Below are positions 1 through 12,059 of a DNA stretch of 64,000 bases, in pieces. Location of the stretch: positions 14,293 through 78,292 of the forward strand of contig NMRA01000797.1 in assembly GCA_002633005.1 (NCBI GenBank), read 5' to 3'. The position numbers were made by a program, and so were the translations under genes. The notes under the pieces were generated by a model, which saw nothing but the letters and a program-made list of their open reading frames with translations, was not told the DNA's origin and did not search any database. How positions within the stretch are numbered: position 1 is the first letter of the stretch; every line of letters begins with the position of its first letter. The stretch comes from Phoronis australis (lineage: Eukaryota; Animalia; Phoronida).

Positions 1-309
1 AGTTGCTTAACCTTAATTTAGAGATTCACTTCATTTCTATTTTGTTTAAATTTCCAATTTGTTTTGAGTATTCACCTATTTCACGAACGCGGGGCGCTGC
101 TGTCGTGTTGATCGAAAACGAGGCGCCTTGACAAACATGGCATCGTCCTGCAAGGTGGTGTGGTCAAAAGACTTATCAACGTTACCAAAAATCAAGTTGT
201 CTGATGTTGAATCGATCTCCAAAAACATACCAATACGCACGGCAACTAGACTTTTACCCTCCTCAGCCATTCATCCGTAGTTTTCCCTTTTTTGGAAAAG
301 TGTGGAAGT

Positions 310-1991
310 CAGGGATTTACCTAGGCTTTTAGTCGTGAAAAATACTGCTCGCCAGCTGGGCGAGTGCCGGAGCCAGAAATTCTACTCGCCCGAAGTTCAG
401 TCACCCGGCCGTTGGCGCCAGTCACCACAAACTTGCTAATAGTTTAAATAAAAATCATCGTTTCGTGCACTGATGTCACCATGAGAGCTACCGTATTTGC
501 CCTAATAATTAGCGCCCACGGGGGGATGCTTTTTGTAGCCTACGGCGGTTAAAACCCGGTCTGCGCTGTGACGTTTGTGTAACCTATCTCAGACTTTTTA
601 CAAAACTGTGGTGCATTGCTATCAAACTCTGTTGTTAATCTTTAAAAAAAATGTGTTGAAATACCACGGCGAAAACTTTTTGCCGACTGATGCCTAGCTG
701 CTTCGCGATCGTCGATAGGACAACTTGAATTCTTGAGTAAAAATAGTTTGGACTCAAATTACCTCAAATCCTCCTTAAGTTTTCCAAATAGCCTTTCCTA
801 AGATTCTTTTAAGAACTTAAAAGTTCCTGTGGACTCCCGAGTCGGGCCCACCGCAGATTAAGTCAAAATCTGCGCTAGATCGCACCCGGCAACGAGAAAA
901 ATTTGGACGAACACATATGTTGTTGTCACGTGACGTTTGTATTGAAGTGAGCGAGCGCGTGCATGTCATCAGTGTTCATTTGCCAGAGTAGCAGGCCCAA
1001 TGAGCTGTATATGTAGTTATATTTATCTCATTGCACAGGCCCACATGTAGGCCCTAGCGCGCGCTTCTTGGCCAAGTTTCGATTCGCGGTTTTTATAATT
1101 TTACGTGTACAAAGCAATCTGGATTCCTGTTGTGGGAGAAAATCTGTACGGGAAAGATACAATACCAATCCCGTTGACCAGTACACTGCGTCTGTTCGAA
1201 GGGCCAGACCATATATATAGTGTGACACTTTCCTCGCAAGATCAGTAAATCTTGCGTTCTAAGTTTTGAAGCACTGCGGAACGGTTTGAAGTGTACAGCC
1301 ACGGCTAAATACCAGGGGCGAGGCTCGTGGTCTACTAGAAATTCCGCGCACAATGATTTTTCAGGACTGTCGGATATTATTGATAAATTGAATAAATTAC
1401 TGGAGAATTTTAGAACTGTGAGGTAAGACATTTTTCGCACAAATATATCGCATTCATGGACTGGGCGCTTATTTTAGCGAAGTCTGGAAACGAGTGGGGA
1501 CGCTTATAGGGGCATGGGCGCTTATCTTATCAAAATAATTTTGGCTAAAATGACATTGTACATTACAAAAAGGAATCAGTTCCAAGAAATATGGTATTTC
1601 ATTTGCTATGAGCACATGGACCGGTCTTCCACCTTTCTCCCCTTTTCTTCGTTTCGGACAAGTCCACAAATTCTTTGTGCACGACCACACACACTGGGAT
1701 TTTTTTGACGAATCGCGTAACAGGTGACATGTACTGAATCGGTAGGGTCGCAGTGCGCCGATGTTTTTTACTGCCGGAGCATCGACACGATGACCAAACT
1801 GAACCTTAAATTCATGATAAAAACAGCACAAGGAGGAGGAAAATTATTCATATTCATCTGGGAAACGATATATAGTGCTTTTGCGCTTTGAAATTCGCTC
1901 GCCACCTGGGCGAGCGGCAAGTCAACTTCTACTCGCCCAGCACCATTTTTACTCGCATTGGCGACTGGGCGAGTGGCTAAGTATATCCCTG
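310..1991. mobile_element. hAT-like non-autonomous element
   Basis: Termini CAGGGATTTACCTAG (310-324) / CTAAGTATATCCCTG (1977-1991), with repeated CTCGCC/GGGCGAG subterminal motifs at both ends. The TSD is degenerate (only GGAAG shared). Confidence 0.55.
491..1525 (+). mobile_element. Tc2/pogo-like non-autonomous DNA transposon, copy 1 (right end truncated)
   Basis: Starts TA|CCGTATTTGCCCTAATAA, a CCGTATT terminus typical of Tc2-group elements. Colinear over ~1 kb with the copy at 21872-23310. Confidence 0.7.
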
Positions 1992-2303
1992 GGAAGGATA
2001 CCGACGAGTTGGAATTGGTACGTTCAGGCACTGCACAGTACACCATCAAGGCCAGCTGATGACCGCTCACGAGGTTTTATCAGTTTGCCTCGTTTTCGAT
2101 CAGTATTTAAAGTTGGCGCGGGAAGATGGAGCTTTCGTGAAATAGGTGAATAAGCATTATTTGACAAAAATAGCTCGGCTTTTCTTAAAAGGTCACGACC
2201 TCCGACCCCGGGTTTCTGACATAGAAAGTAGTTACAAAGCCGAGGCGAGTCGAGAAAGGTAGATCGATTCATTGTAATGTTTCTCGTTTAGTATGTGGTA
2301 TGA

Positions 2304-2391
2304 ATAGATTATTACATGTGGATTTTGGAGAATTATCACCCTCGGGGCTCTAGATAACGGCGGATAACGACTTCGCCATGTAATAATCTAT
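2304..2391. mobile_element. Tiny palindromic MITE-like element followed by (TA)n
   Basis: Perfect 15-bp IR ATAGATTATTACATG (2304-2318) / CATGTAATAATCTAT (2377-2391). Confidence 0.45.
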
Positions 2392-2850
2392 ATATATATA
2401 TATATGCGAAAAGACCACGCGAAAAAGAAAATAGTTTAGTTTACTACGCGTTGCAAATACTTACGAAAACTGACATCTTTTACAAAACCGAGGTCAAATT
2501 GTGCTGCAGAAGCTGTCTACCAGCAACCTTGAGTTACACAGACTGTTTAGTACGCAAATGACTATTACCTTGGGATGTTCCGTTTGACACAATGGTGACA
2601 AAGGTGGTCTCCTCACGTAATCGAGTCAAAGGCAGATTGTTAACACTTCTTGCTTTATCGATGCAGTAGGGTTGTGACGAGTACTTGGGATGGTATAATA
2701 ACATTCCCCAGCCCAAAATGAGCTTATTGGTCACTTCAGAATGAGACATAATAACAATAAGCAAGAAATGCACCTATTCAAAGCATTTAGAAATGGACAA
2801 GACAATAAAGAATTTAATAATGCAAAGGTACACTTTTTAAGCACACACAC

Positions 2851-2918
2851 ACTCTCTCCCTCTCCCTTCCCCCCTCCCTCTCACTCTCCCTCCCATCCCC
2901 CCCCCTCTCTCTCGCCCT
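2851..2918. repeat. Polypyrimidine (C/T-rich) low-complexity tract
   Basis: ctctctccctctcccttcccccctccctctcactctccctcccatcccccccc... Confidence 0.8.
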
Positions 2919-3819
2919 ATTNCTATTCTAAGCACTTTTTTGCGTGTTTTGTTTGCCAAAATCCAGAGCTCGGATGTACTTTTTATTTTAGTTAAACTAT
3001 CTACACATTGTCGATTAAAGCAAAGGAATCGCAGATCCTTGTCCTCGCTCATCTGACCCGCGAAAATAAAAATTAAAGAAAAAATACAGTTAACAAATCA
3101 TTATAAGATATAACGTCATCTGCGCTCGTACGGTGATTCAACAGGATTTGACAATTGCCTAAGAAAACACTGAAAAATGCTTTTTCTCTGCTATACTCTA
3201 AACAGTTAAGCAATTGGAGAGGTAAGATACCAATTTGCTCTGAATGAACCGTATAAAGAAAAATTAGTCATGGTTACCATTCTGGGTGTGGAGCTTATAT
3301 TACTGATTTTGGTCTTAAAATACCCCTTTGCTGTTACATTTCACTTAGATTTTTTTACCTAGCGAAGCCACACTCACTGACGCAACTTCAAATCTTTGAA
3401 GTTAAATCTGTTATGTAGTTTTGGTCAACTCATGGAAGTTTGAAGCAAGTCATAAAACGCCTTTAAATATGCAAAATTGGAAACCGTGACTAGTGCTTCA
3501 AGCTAATTTTTAAGATGTACGGTTGTTTGGAAAACACTACGCCTCGAACAACAGGGTTCATATGTTGCAGCGCAATTCACTCAAAGGGAAGTGCAGTGTT
3601 CAACAGCAGACGACTGCGTCAGTTCTGGGCAAAAAAAGCAGGTTTGTGGCACCTGTTTAACAATAAAACTGACTTTGACATCCTGAAATTTGCTCTGTGA
3701 CTCGATCTTACACGGACACGTTGGGACTGCCAGGCCCAAGCTCCCAAGAACGATAGGTTTTAGACATTAAAAATTCCAGAGCATGCATTTCAATATTATA
3801 ACGATATTTATTTTTTCAG

Positions 3820-4235
3820 GAATTAAGCTACCAATAGGCCTCCAAGCCACCATCATCTATCTTACCGTGGCCTCGGTTACGTCGCTGCCAGTGGAGGAAG
3901 CTTTCAACGGATTCTTGGACTACGCACAGGCATTTAAAGATAGAGGTAGCGAACAGCTGTTGCATAACTCAGACTCAAACATGTTCAAAAAGTTAGACGA
4001 TGCCACGGTGAGAGCTGGAAAGTTATTCAAAATCTATTCTAATTTAGCGTTGACCCGGGAACTTGTGAAAGCTTTGAACGGTCGAAACCGGCCAGTAAAT
4101 GTTCGCACGCCATTGAAACGGATATTTCCAAATCTGTTCAAACAGGCGATCGCCGATGAATACAGAATGCCGAAGACGGCCGACGTTTCCAAAGAAGGGA
4201 GTCGATCTGGAGGCACCGTACTTCGCTACGGATAA
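3820..4235 (+). CDS. Putative neuropeptide precursor (RYamide prepropeptide), paralog 1, terminal coding exon
   Basis: Acceptor ttttttcag|GA at 3819/3820; the ORF is also open from ATG 3783. Hydrophobic signal-like segment ending VASVTS|LP, KR at 4116-4121, then 36-aa IFPNLFKQAIADEYRMPKTADVSKEGSRSGGTVLRY + G + TAA. Near-ungapped similarity to the paralog at 58049-58443. Confidence 0.72.
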
Positions 4236-5924
4236 AAATAATTGATGCGGACATGTATACATGACGGCGACATCCCGTTGCTTCCAACTTGTTCGATTCT
4301 ATAGCCCAACAACAAGTTGGGAAGTGTACCCCCGTAGCCAATATCTTACACGACTGATTAACTCCATTCTGGCATTTATAATTGGAGCCCCATGTTATCG
4401 CATGTTCAGCACCCGTCACGTCTGGAAAAGTTTAATACTGAACAACAGAACGCTGTAACGAACTAACGCTTGCTTATATTACCACTGATAGAGAAACAGT
4501 CCTCCAAACATAGAGAAGAACTACACAAACAGTTTGCCAAAGAAATGATCGTCGTCAAACTAAATACAAATGTTCTCATCGGGTGATCGCGGACTTTAAA
4601 CGCAGTGAAAACACTTGCATCTATATTCTGTTGCCCAAATGTTGCTCAAAAAAGATGTTGCAAAGGTTCGAAGACGCGTTATTGAACAAAACCTCTGATG
4701 ATATACATGTCAGCGAGTTCGCGTATTTTAGCCAACGTAGTCTCTTCAAGGCACTGACCATTGTTCCAACTGATACAGTCTCTACTGCTGGACTTACATA
4801 TACTTGAGAATTGAAAGCAACGTTTTGTCAACAACCGGACACTTGGAATGCGTTCCATGATAGGCCACGTTTCTTGCGAAAAAGTGAGATCACGCAAGAC
4901 CATGTCACTTCTCTGTCATCTACTGCATTCTTTGTTCAAATTCCACACAGGTCTTACAGCAGAAAACATCATCGGAACAGCTCTATCACTAGGGCCGTCC
5001 CGGATAACACAGCGAGATCCAAGTCTCGCTGTATTTACCCTCAATGCCGCAATACTTGTCAAGCATTTTTATAGCCTCGTTTTCGCATGTTGTTCGTTCT
5101 TGTCGTATTCTTGACAAGTTTTTCACGGCTGCACTACTCTATCCATCTTGACAAATACCCCTGGATACGTGATGTTAGTTCGGTTTCCGACATGCCCTGT
5201 TAAAATTTGTGGGGACGTCTTGTATAAAAAGCATGGATCATACATGTACTGTACATCTAAGCTGTCGATTGTCGTTGGTTTATTGAACACACGAGAGTGT
5301 CATTGGTTGGCAGCTTTCATACATACAGTACTCCTTCGAACTTTGCAAGTGGTACATTTGTCGACCAAGGCTCCAAAAAGACCTCTGTAGCAGATAACAA
5401 GATAATACATGTACATGTATTTATAACACGACAATTACATTTTGAGGCCAGGACTTTCATCTTCACGCAGAAAAATGATATAGGGTTAACAGCAGCAGGT
5501 AACAAAGGGGTTGATGTCACTTTATTTTTGACTGAAGATGAGACATACAACGACATCGGAACATAGTCTTCATTTTGCATAGGGTCGTTCTGTCGGTTGG
5601 TAATCTGCTGTATAGTTGTTCTTTGGAGAACTGGTAACTAAAGAATACCAAGAGTTCGAAATAGTACGCATGAAAGCAGTCAAGCGACAACACTGCCATA
5701 TAATTCTCATTACATTAATATAAATATTTATATCACTGATAAAATTAAGCTTTGTCTGACTGGGGCGATAATTTGATAATCGATAAAAACAAAAAAATGT
5801 CTTAACTGCAGAAAATACAATGTTTAACTAGATTCCGTTACATTTAAGTGGTTTCATTTGCATCTAGACGAAAAGCAAAAATAACAAACCGTTGGTATCA
5901 GGAATTTTGTTTAAAGTGTTAGAG

Positions 5925-6220
5925 AGTGAAATGTACATTTACAATATGTTAATAAAAACAACGATGGATTTAAACCGGCTTGACATGTTTCGGCTTTTAT
6001 TAAAACACCATCATCAGAAGAAAAAAAAAACAGTGGCCACGTTGCTAGGCCCAACAAGACGGCCACAGTCAGTCACTGTACAGAGGAGTACAATAGATTA
6101 GACCAACAATGACAACCTGTGGTGTGCCAGTTGCCTATTTGACTGGACTTGCACCTATTGATGTGAAGAGCCTCAAGAATTTTCAGCTTTGTTGTTTCTT
6201 CATGTCAAGCCAGTTTAAAT
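5925..6220 (-). mobile_element. Penelope-like retroelement 3' fragment (family A)
   Basis: Reverse complement matches 15150-15490. Contains a decayed GIY-YIG C-terminal motif (LKILEALHINRCKS...) and a hammerhead motif. Confidence 0.65.
5979..6020 (-). ncRNA. Minimal type I hammerhead ribozyme motif (Penelope-associated)
   Basis: Minus strand reads CUU-CUGAUGA-U-GGUGUUUUAAUAAAAGCC-GAAA-CAUG-UC-AAG: intact core, pairable stem II, palindromic ACAUGU stem III, GUC cleavage triplet and CUU/AAG stem I. Confidence 0.65.
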
Positions 6221-6593
6221 CAGTCGTTGTTCTTATTATTAAGATATGCTGGTACTTGCTACCATGGAGAAACATTTACAATAAACAGTTAAATATGGCT
6301 ACACAGCTAAATACTTATAAAACGAAGTAGTTTGTTTGATTTGATCTTTTCTGATGAACTTAATTTAGGCGTGATTCTTGTTTCTTTACACATGTTTTCA
6401 GAACGCTTCATCGTGTAGGCTGAAACAATTAATTGTGAATGTTGCTTAGTCTGAAATTGAGGATTACAATAAAGATCTGAGGCCCGGTTTCTCAAACGTC
6501 TTAAGTCCGGCTTTTTGTTCAGACGGTCATAACTCCCGTTTTAATTTGCACTCTGTTCATTAACAAGGCGCGTGAAGGCGGCCGCTAAAGTTA

Positions 6594-8037
6594 TGTAGGA
6601 CCCGTAAAACGGTGCGGATTTGTCAAACTTTGGAACAGGCATATCTTGCAAATGGCTGATTGGATGAATGTGAAAGTTTTTATTTGCTACGCGTCATGCA
6701 CTGTTCACCAAAAATGTTTCGTGACGTGTTGCTTAAATTCACCCGCGTTTGCATGGAGGGTTATGCACTTTGGGATTTTTATTAGGATTTTATGAAAAAA
6801 TGAAGAGTTGCACAATACGAAAACGAAATGAAAGCTTACAAAGTGTAACAGATCTCATCCTCAACACTTACAGCGAGCAAAATTTGTTTACAATGTTATC
6901 GAAAACTTTGCTTAGTTGGGACTTTACCTTTCTTTATGCAAAATTTAATTAAAAATACAAGGTCACGCGACCCAATCAGCGGCAGCGGAGACTAGCATAA
7001 ATCTCAAAATCCCTAAACTTTCTTCTTTCAGGAAATATACTTTTCGTGAGTTGAAATTTTCCGATATGTAAAATTGATTAAACACACGACACTTTTCGTT
7101 ATTAACAGTCTTTATTCCGTTTTGTTCATATGTTCTACACTCATCGGAAGATTGATGAAGTAACTGACCAAGAGACATGATTAAAAGGCACACGATATTT
7201 CGAAACATACTTGTTTCATTCTCAAGTGGAAATAAAATGACGCAGTAATTAATGCCACCACAGAGCATAAGCGGGAGACATGCACATTTTTTAGAGATTT
7301 GTCGGAATGCACAGACACTTCGATAAGGTCATACATACAACTGAAAGTCTGAGTATAAATCATTATCAACTTAGTCAGTTGCAATGTTTTCCTAATTTCC
7401 GGTCACACATCGGGCGATGTTTGGTCGATCCCGTCAAGTCTCGACGCCTGTCACGGTCGGGCGATTTTTATAGGATGTGGTAGCAGCAGTGAACCTACGT
7501 TGAGGTCAAAGAAAGTTTCCAGGCTAGTGAGCATCGCCCCCTCCCCCTGCCCCCCAATGTACTGGTGAAGACATAACGCGAAACCAATGCTCGGACGAGA
7601 AGGCACACAATCAAGGACTAGGCAGAGCATCGGCCCAGCCATCGTCGGCTGATGACAAAGACAACTCCCGATGATCTAGTGCCGACGCACGTCTGCGGGT
7701 AAGTCCTGATGATGCACCGATTAGGGATTACGACGCCGACGCTCCCAAAAATGTCCCAGCCGTGACGTTCGGCCGCCGATATGACCAATTTTCTACCGCA
7801 AATGACTTGTCGCGTGGAAAGCTTTATGTGTGACCGCGGCATAAAACATGCTCGTCTATGCCAACGACCATTGAAAACACGGGCCCCTGAAAATAGTATA
7901 AGAAAAGGATTAAAATTGCTTTCTTCATGCAGCAACCATTGCTTCCGGTAAGCTAAAATTTCAACCGCGCACGTGAGTACGGTGAATACTGACGTCAGCT
8001 CTAAAGCCTGGCTTATTGTACGTCTTACGGTCCTACG
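6594..8037. mobile_element. Degenerate TIR DNA transposon remnant
   Basis: Imperfect IR TGTAGGACCCGTAAAACG (6594-6611) / CGTCTTACGGTCCTACG (8021-8037). Confidence 0.4.
7396..7841. mobile_element. PIF/Harbinger-like GC-rich MITE
   Basis: IR core CGGTCACACAT (7400-7410) / ATGTGTGACCG (7826-7836), flanked by TAA at 7393-7395 and 7842-7844 (TWA-type TSD). Confidence 0.55.
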
Positions 8038-10816
8038 CCACAAACTTCAGTTACGAGAAACTCCCGCACACATTGGTGTTCTATTTTATACATTAGCGGC
8101 AGATATACACTCATACCGCGGGTGCCAACTTATGTTCAAAACTAAGTGCCAACGGCGGTCTTTTAATTGTTGTTTTCTACTCAAGCCCGTAGGTCGAGTT
8201 CTGTGGACGCAAGGGTCTCGCGACATAAGCTTGTGTAATCAATCAAATGCTTCGCTTGTAATACATATCTCGCGAGGCTTTCGTTTTAGCATAGAACTCT
8301 AGCCCTGGCGTGCGTTCTGAGTAGCGCTAGGGCCTACATGTAGCTAAGGTCTAGCCAGAATCACACCTTCTCATTGAAAATACACGACAATATCTCACGT
8401 AATCTCGCCAAGTCTTGCTTTTTACGACGTTCTAGCGTTACTGAACGGGAGGCTGGGAATGCGCGTTGCTGAAGTTGCGCCACGCATGCGTGGCATTTGT
8501 TTGTTCCGGTGTTGGTTATACCCACGGAATTTACTGTCACTAAAACTTTTCGCAACTCCGCCGCTTTTCAACTGAATTGCATAAGAGTCACATCGATTAT
8601 CAGTTCTTGATGGTGTATGATTATAGCAGAAGCAAACGTTAAGGACTTAAGTAATACATCTTTTCGTATACCTGCCAGGTTTAAACGAGAATGTTACCAA
8701 AATGCGCGTGAAATGACTGGGTGTAATAGTAAGATAAAATAGGAAACGAGCCAGAGAGGTTATGTAAATGACTAATTAAATCAGCAAGGAAATAATTTCA
8801 ATGATTCAAAAGATTTCTCGCTATCAAGACAAAAATTTTAGCATATGGATCCCCCACAGTTGCTGTGAAGAACTTAGTCATGCATCCACTGCATTCAAAC
8901 TTATAGATTTTAAATATTAATTTGACCTTTGGTGTCGCTTGATACAGTTCATCAGTAAAACTTCAGGACGGAGTGACATTTACAAAAATATGATCAACTA
9001 ATTACTCCAACTATCTATGCAAAATTTGCAGATAAAGGTTTTCTGATTGACAAAAAAATGAGCAAACTTCTATTGTGTAGGTTTGAAATGTACTGTGGGT
9101 AGATCACTACAAAGATCGCAGTGTACGACTTTATCGTAAGTAGGAGACACTGGAACACATTTTAAATGTACGATTGTTATGTAACTAAGTGTTTTCTGGA
9201 AAATAACAATATTCATGACAAAGAAACAAATGAACACCTGTTCCATTGTTGTCAACATTCGAAAATGAAATAAAAACAGAACAACTAGATTAAAAAGCGG
9301 GACTTCCAGATAAAAAGTGAGGCATCTGGGTCTATGCCAAAATGCAAGCGTGAAATGCTCGCCGAAACACACAAAAACGTAGACAGCGTTTTTGTCGAAC
9401 GGGAGATGTTACACCCAGAAGCGCCCGACGGCGTTTTTTAAATCAAATGCGCAATTGCGGGTGCTTCAAAACCCATGAAATGTCCCGTTTTGTTTTTTTC
9501 TTTTTAGTCGAACAGGATAATGCACGCCGGGCTTTGTTCTTTTATAGCTCTGGTCACATAACTTCAAGAAGAGATCCAGCAATAATACCCAAAATGTGTT
9601 TTTCAGCCGTAAACCCAATTATGTCCTTCCAAAGGAAGGTTAAGTACCCTTTTAATGTGGGAATCAACAGCCAGCTCGACGATTAAACTAGTATTCTCAA
9701 TGTGATGAATTTTGACGTATACGAAGAATATTGGAGGACTCCATCATTAATTTAATCTACAGACACTCGGCAGAGGCACAGATTGCGTCTTAATTATCGC
9801 CTATTTGTCATGGGTGACTGTGGCAATGCCAAAGAGACGAGATTTTAATTATGATGTGACACAATATACTCCATAAAATTCCGCTTGAACAAGACAAGTG
9901 AGGATTAATGACTGCGCGAAAACAAGAGGAATTTGTTGACCGGTTCGAGATCCTAAGTACAAAGTAGAACCCCAATAACAAAACACTCGAAGGAAACGAA
10001 AGCCATCTTACGTCATGATCATCCTTTTCAGAATTGTTCACTGAGTAAAATTCACTTTCACCTATTTTTTTCGGATCTCTCAACAGTGGCACTGTTATCA
10101 AACGACGTTTACTCGCAAATGTTTTTTCTTTGAAACTCGTTCAGTTTTAAAGAAACTGTTGAGCCATACTTTACACCAGGACGGTTTAATCTTTGCCAAA
10201 CTCGACAAGTATTTTCTTTACATTTTCTCTTCTATTTTTGTGCTACAGTACATTATGGTTTAGATGGAAGACTGCTTATTCCAAGTTTACACTTGTTGAC
10301 CCCTAGATCAAGCTAAAGCTAAAATCTTGTACGCAGGTGGACCTCTGTCAAGGTCGTTGTATCAGTCAAAATGATAAAAGGGCAATTTTCACGCGAACTG
10401 ACAACTACAACAGGACTCACGCACAAAATCGTAGAAACATTTACATGTATCAATGAGATTGTGTACTACTTGGTGACTTATGCACAAATGGTTAATAATT
10501 CCCAGTCGACTCGTAACAACCTATCACGGAATGCCGCAGAGGCTTGAACAAAATTCAAAAAGTCAGTCACATTAGTTAGAAGACAACACAACTACGGCAA
10601 TCAATCATTTTACATTTTACAAGAAGTCACTACATAAAACTCAAACCGATTTTGGTTTTATCACAGAATTATAAAAAGCTGTTTCTGAAATGAATTTTAT
10701 CTTATAAATATTACATTTATTGTCAAGAAAATAATTGCGGAAAGGCTAATTTAAGGTTGGACGCCTCAGATCAAGCCATTACAAAATAGTAGAGCAATAA
10801 GCATTCTACATATAAG

Positions 10817-11048
10817 TACGCGTGCACTCGGGAGGGTGGGGGCTCAAACGAGCCCCCCGTTTGGCGAAGTGGGCAAAAAGGTCCGCCTCAGAGACGCAAA
10901 AAGTCCGAAAAAAATAGAAAAAGAGACAAATGTCCACTAAAAAGGCAGGAATTCGGCTATGCACAGTTTATAGCTCTGAACATACACCGTTTTGGTTTAG
11001 TAAAAGAACCACATTCTTAAAACTTCGAGCCCCCTGGGTGCGCTCATG
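10817..11048. mobile_element. Possible hAT-like MITE
   Basis: Imperfect termini TACGCGTGCACTCGGGAGGG / CCCCCTGGGTGCGCTCATG with internal GAGCCCCC motifs. No clean 8-bp TSD. Confidence 0.3.
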
Positions 11049-11604
11049 ATAAGTTGCAATCAATATAAATTAACAGGGAAAAGAGGGACGAAGAAGGAGT
11101 TCTGTGTACCTTGTATGCAGATTCTGTTCGTACTTACATGTACGTGGGGAATGAGATGCCTAATGATTAAGAGGCTGATATACATATACAATGGAAATAA
11201 CATTGTACTAGGTACATACTTAAACATATATAAAATAAACCGAAACGAAACGAAAATTCTTATCTAATGGGTATCATCGTGCAGCATCAATACGGTTGTA
11301 CTAATTATCTAAATGTTAATGTAACAAAATAAGTAACATTTGATTTCAACCATTTCTAAGATAATAACTAGACATGCGTGCAGACACATTTGTGTCCGAG
11401 GTATCTGTTAAAATAATAAATGCTTATACATGTACATGTAAATGCGTGTAACTTCAGAATAAAATTGTTAAAAATAGATTTTTCCCACTTCGTTGTCTGG
11501 TAGATAAAGAAAAGTGCAAGTGTATCGCTAAGTAATTTGTGGTCTAAGTTGGGGTTTTGAAAAATCTTTATTATCCTAGATTGTAAATATGTACTGAGCG
11601 TTAA

Positions 11605-11825
11605 AGGAGAATGCCACCCGATTTAATTAATCTTTTTCTCCGTCTTAATCGGTCTATATCCACATCGCCTCTTATACGGTCGAACTCACCTTGCCGAGAG
11701 GTGTCGCGTTAACTTGTGAGGAAGGTGAGAAAGAACGCAGAGACGTCAGTGGTTCGTGTGCAGACGAGTGAATGCCGCTATATTGCGGTGCATCGTTCCC
11801 GCTTGTCCGAGATTCGGAAGCATTG
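11605..11825 (+). mobile_element. Kolobok-like element end
   Basis: TTAA|AGGAGAATGCCACCCGATTT terminus; ~220 bp match in inverted orientation to 21675-21871 plus 23313-23331. Confidence 0.55.
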
Positions 11826-12059
11826 AGTCGTTATCATACGCCGCAACGAAGAAAAATATGTCCGCCGTGTAAAATTTATAAACGATTTCGAAAAGTTAGA
11901 ACATATTTTGTCGCATCTCGGCTGGCGTCGCAGGAGCATATCATACGAACGACCGAAGAATCTTCGGCCAGCCAGGCTGTTTTCACGACTACGGGTTGAA
12001 ACATGATGCATTTTTTTCCAAAAAGGACATGGCATTCAATCCCTCGATTTTGGGGCCGA

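Larger units (their letters stand above)
69..2152. mobile_element. Non-autonomous TIR DNA transposon (outermost element of a nest), superfamily unassigned
   Basis: Perfect 19-bp inverted repeat TATTCACCTATTTCACGAA (69-87) / TTCGTGAAATAGGTGAATA (2134-2152), plus a subterminal IR GATCGAAAACGAGGC (~110-124) / GCCTCGTTTTCGATC (2087-2101). Confidence 0.7.

Noticed and set aside
4122-4232. Calling the 36-aa RYamide an NPY/NPF ortholog
   Set aside because: The peptide is at the precursor C-terminus rather than after the signal peptide, and it lacks the PP-fold prolines and RxRY/F motif; no gene symbol assigned.
4920-5196. Minus-strand Cys-rich frame ending ...FCCKTCVEFEQRMQ*, reminiscent of a PLAC/ShK-like domain
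   Set aside because: Five in-frame stops, three of them consecutive, and no supporting neighbouring exons; cannot be distinguished from chance.
7618-8302. 141-aa and 109-aa ORFs
   Set aside because: They overlap a GC-rich MITE and transposon remnants; no domain-like sequence.
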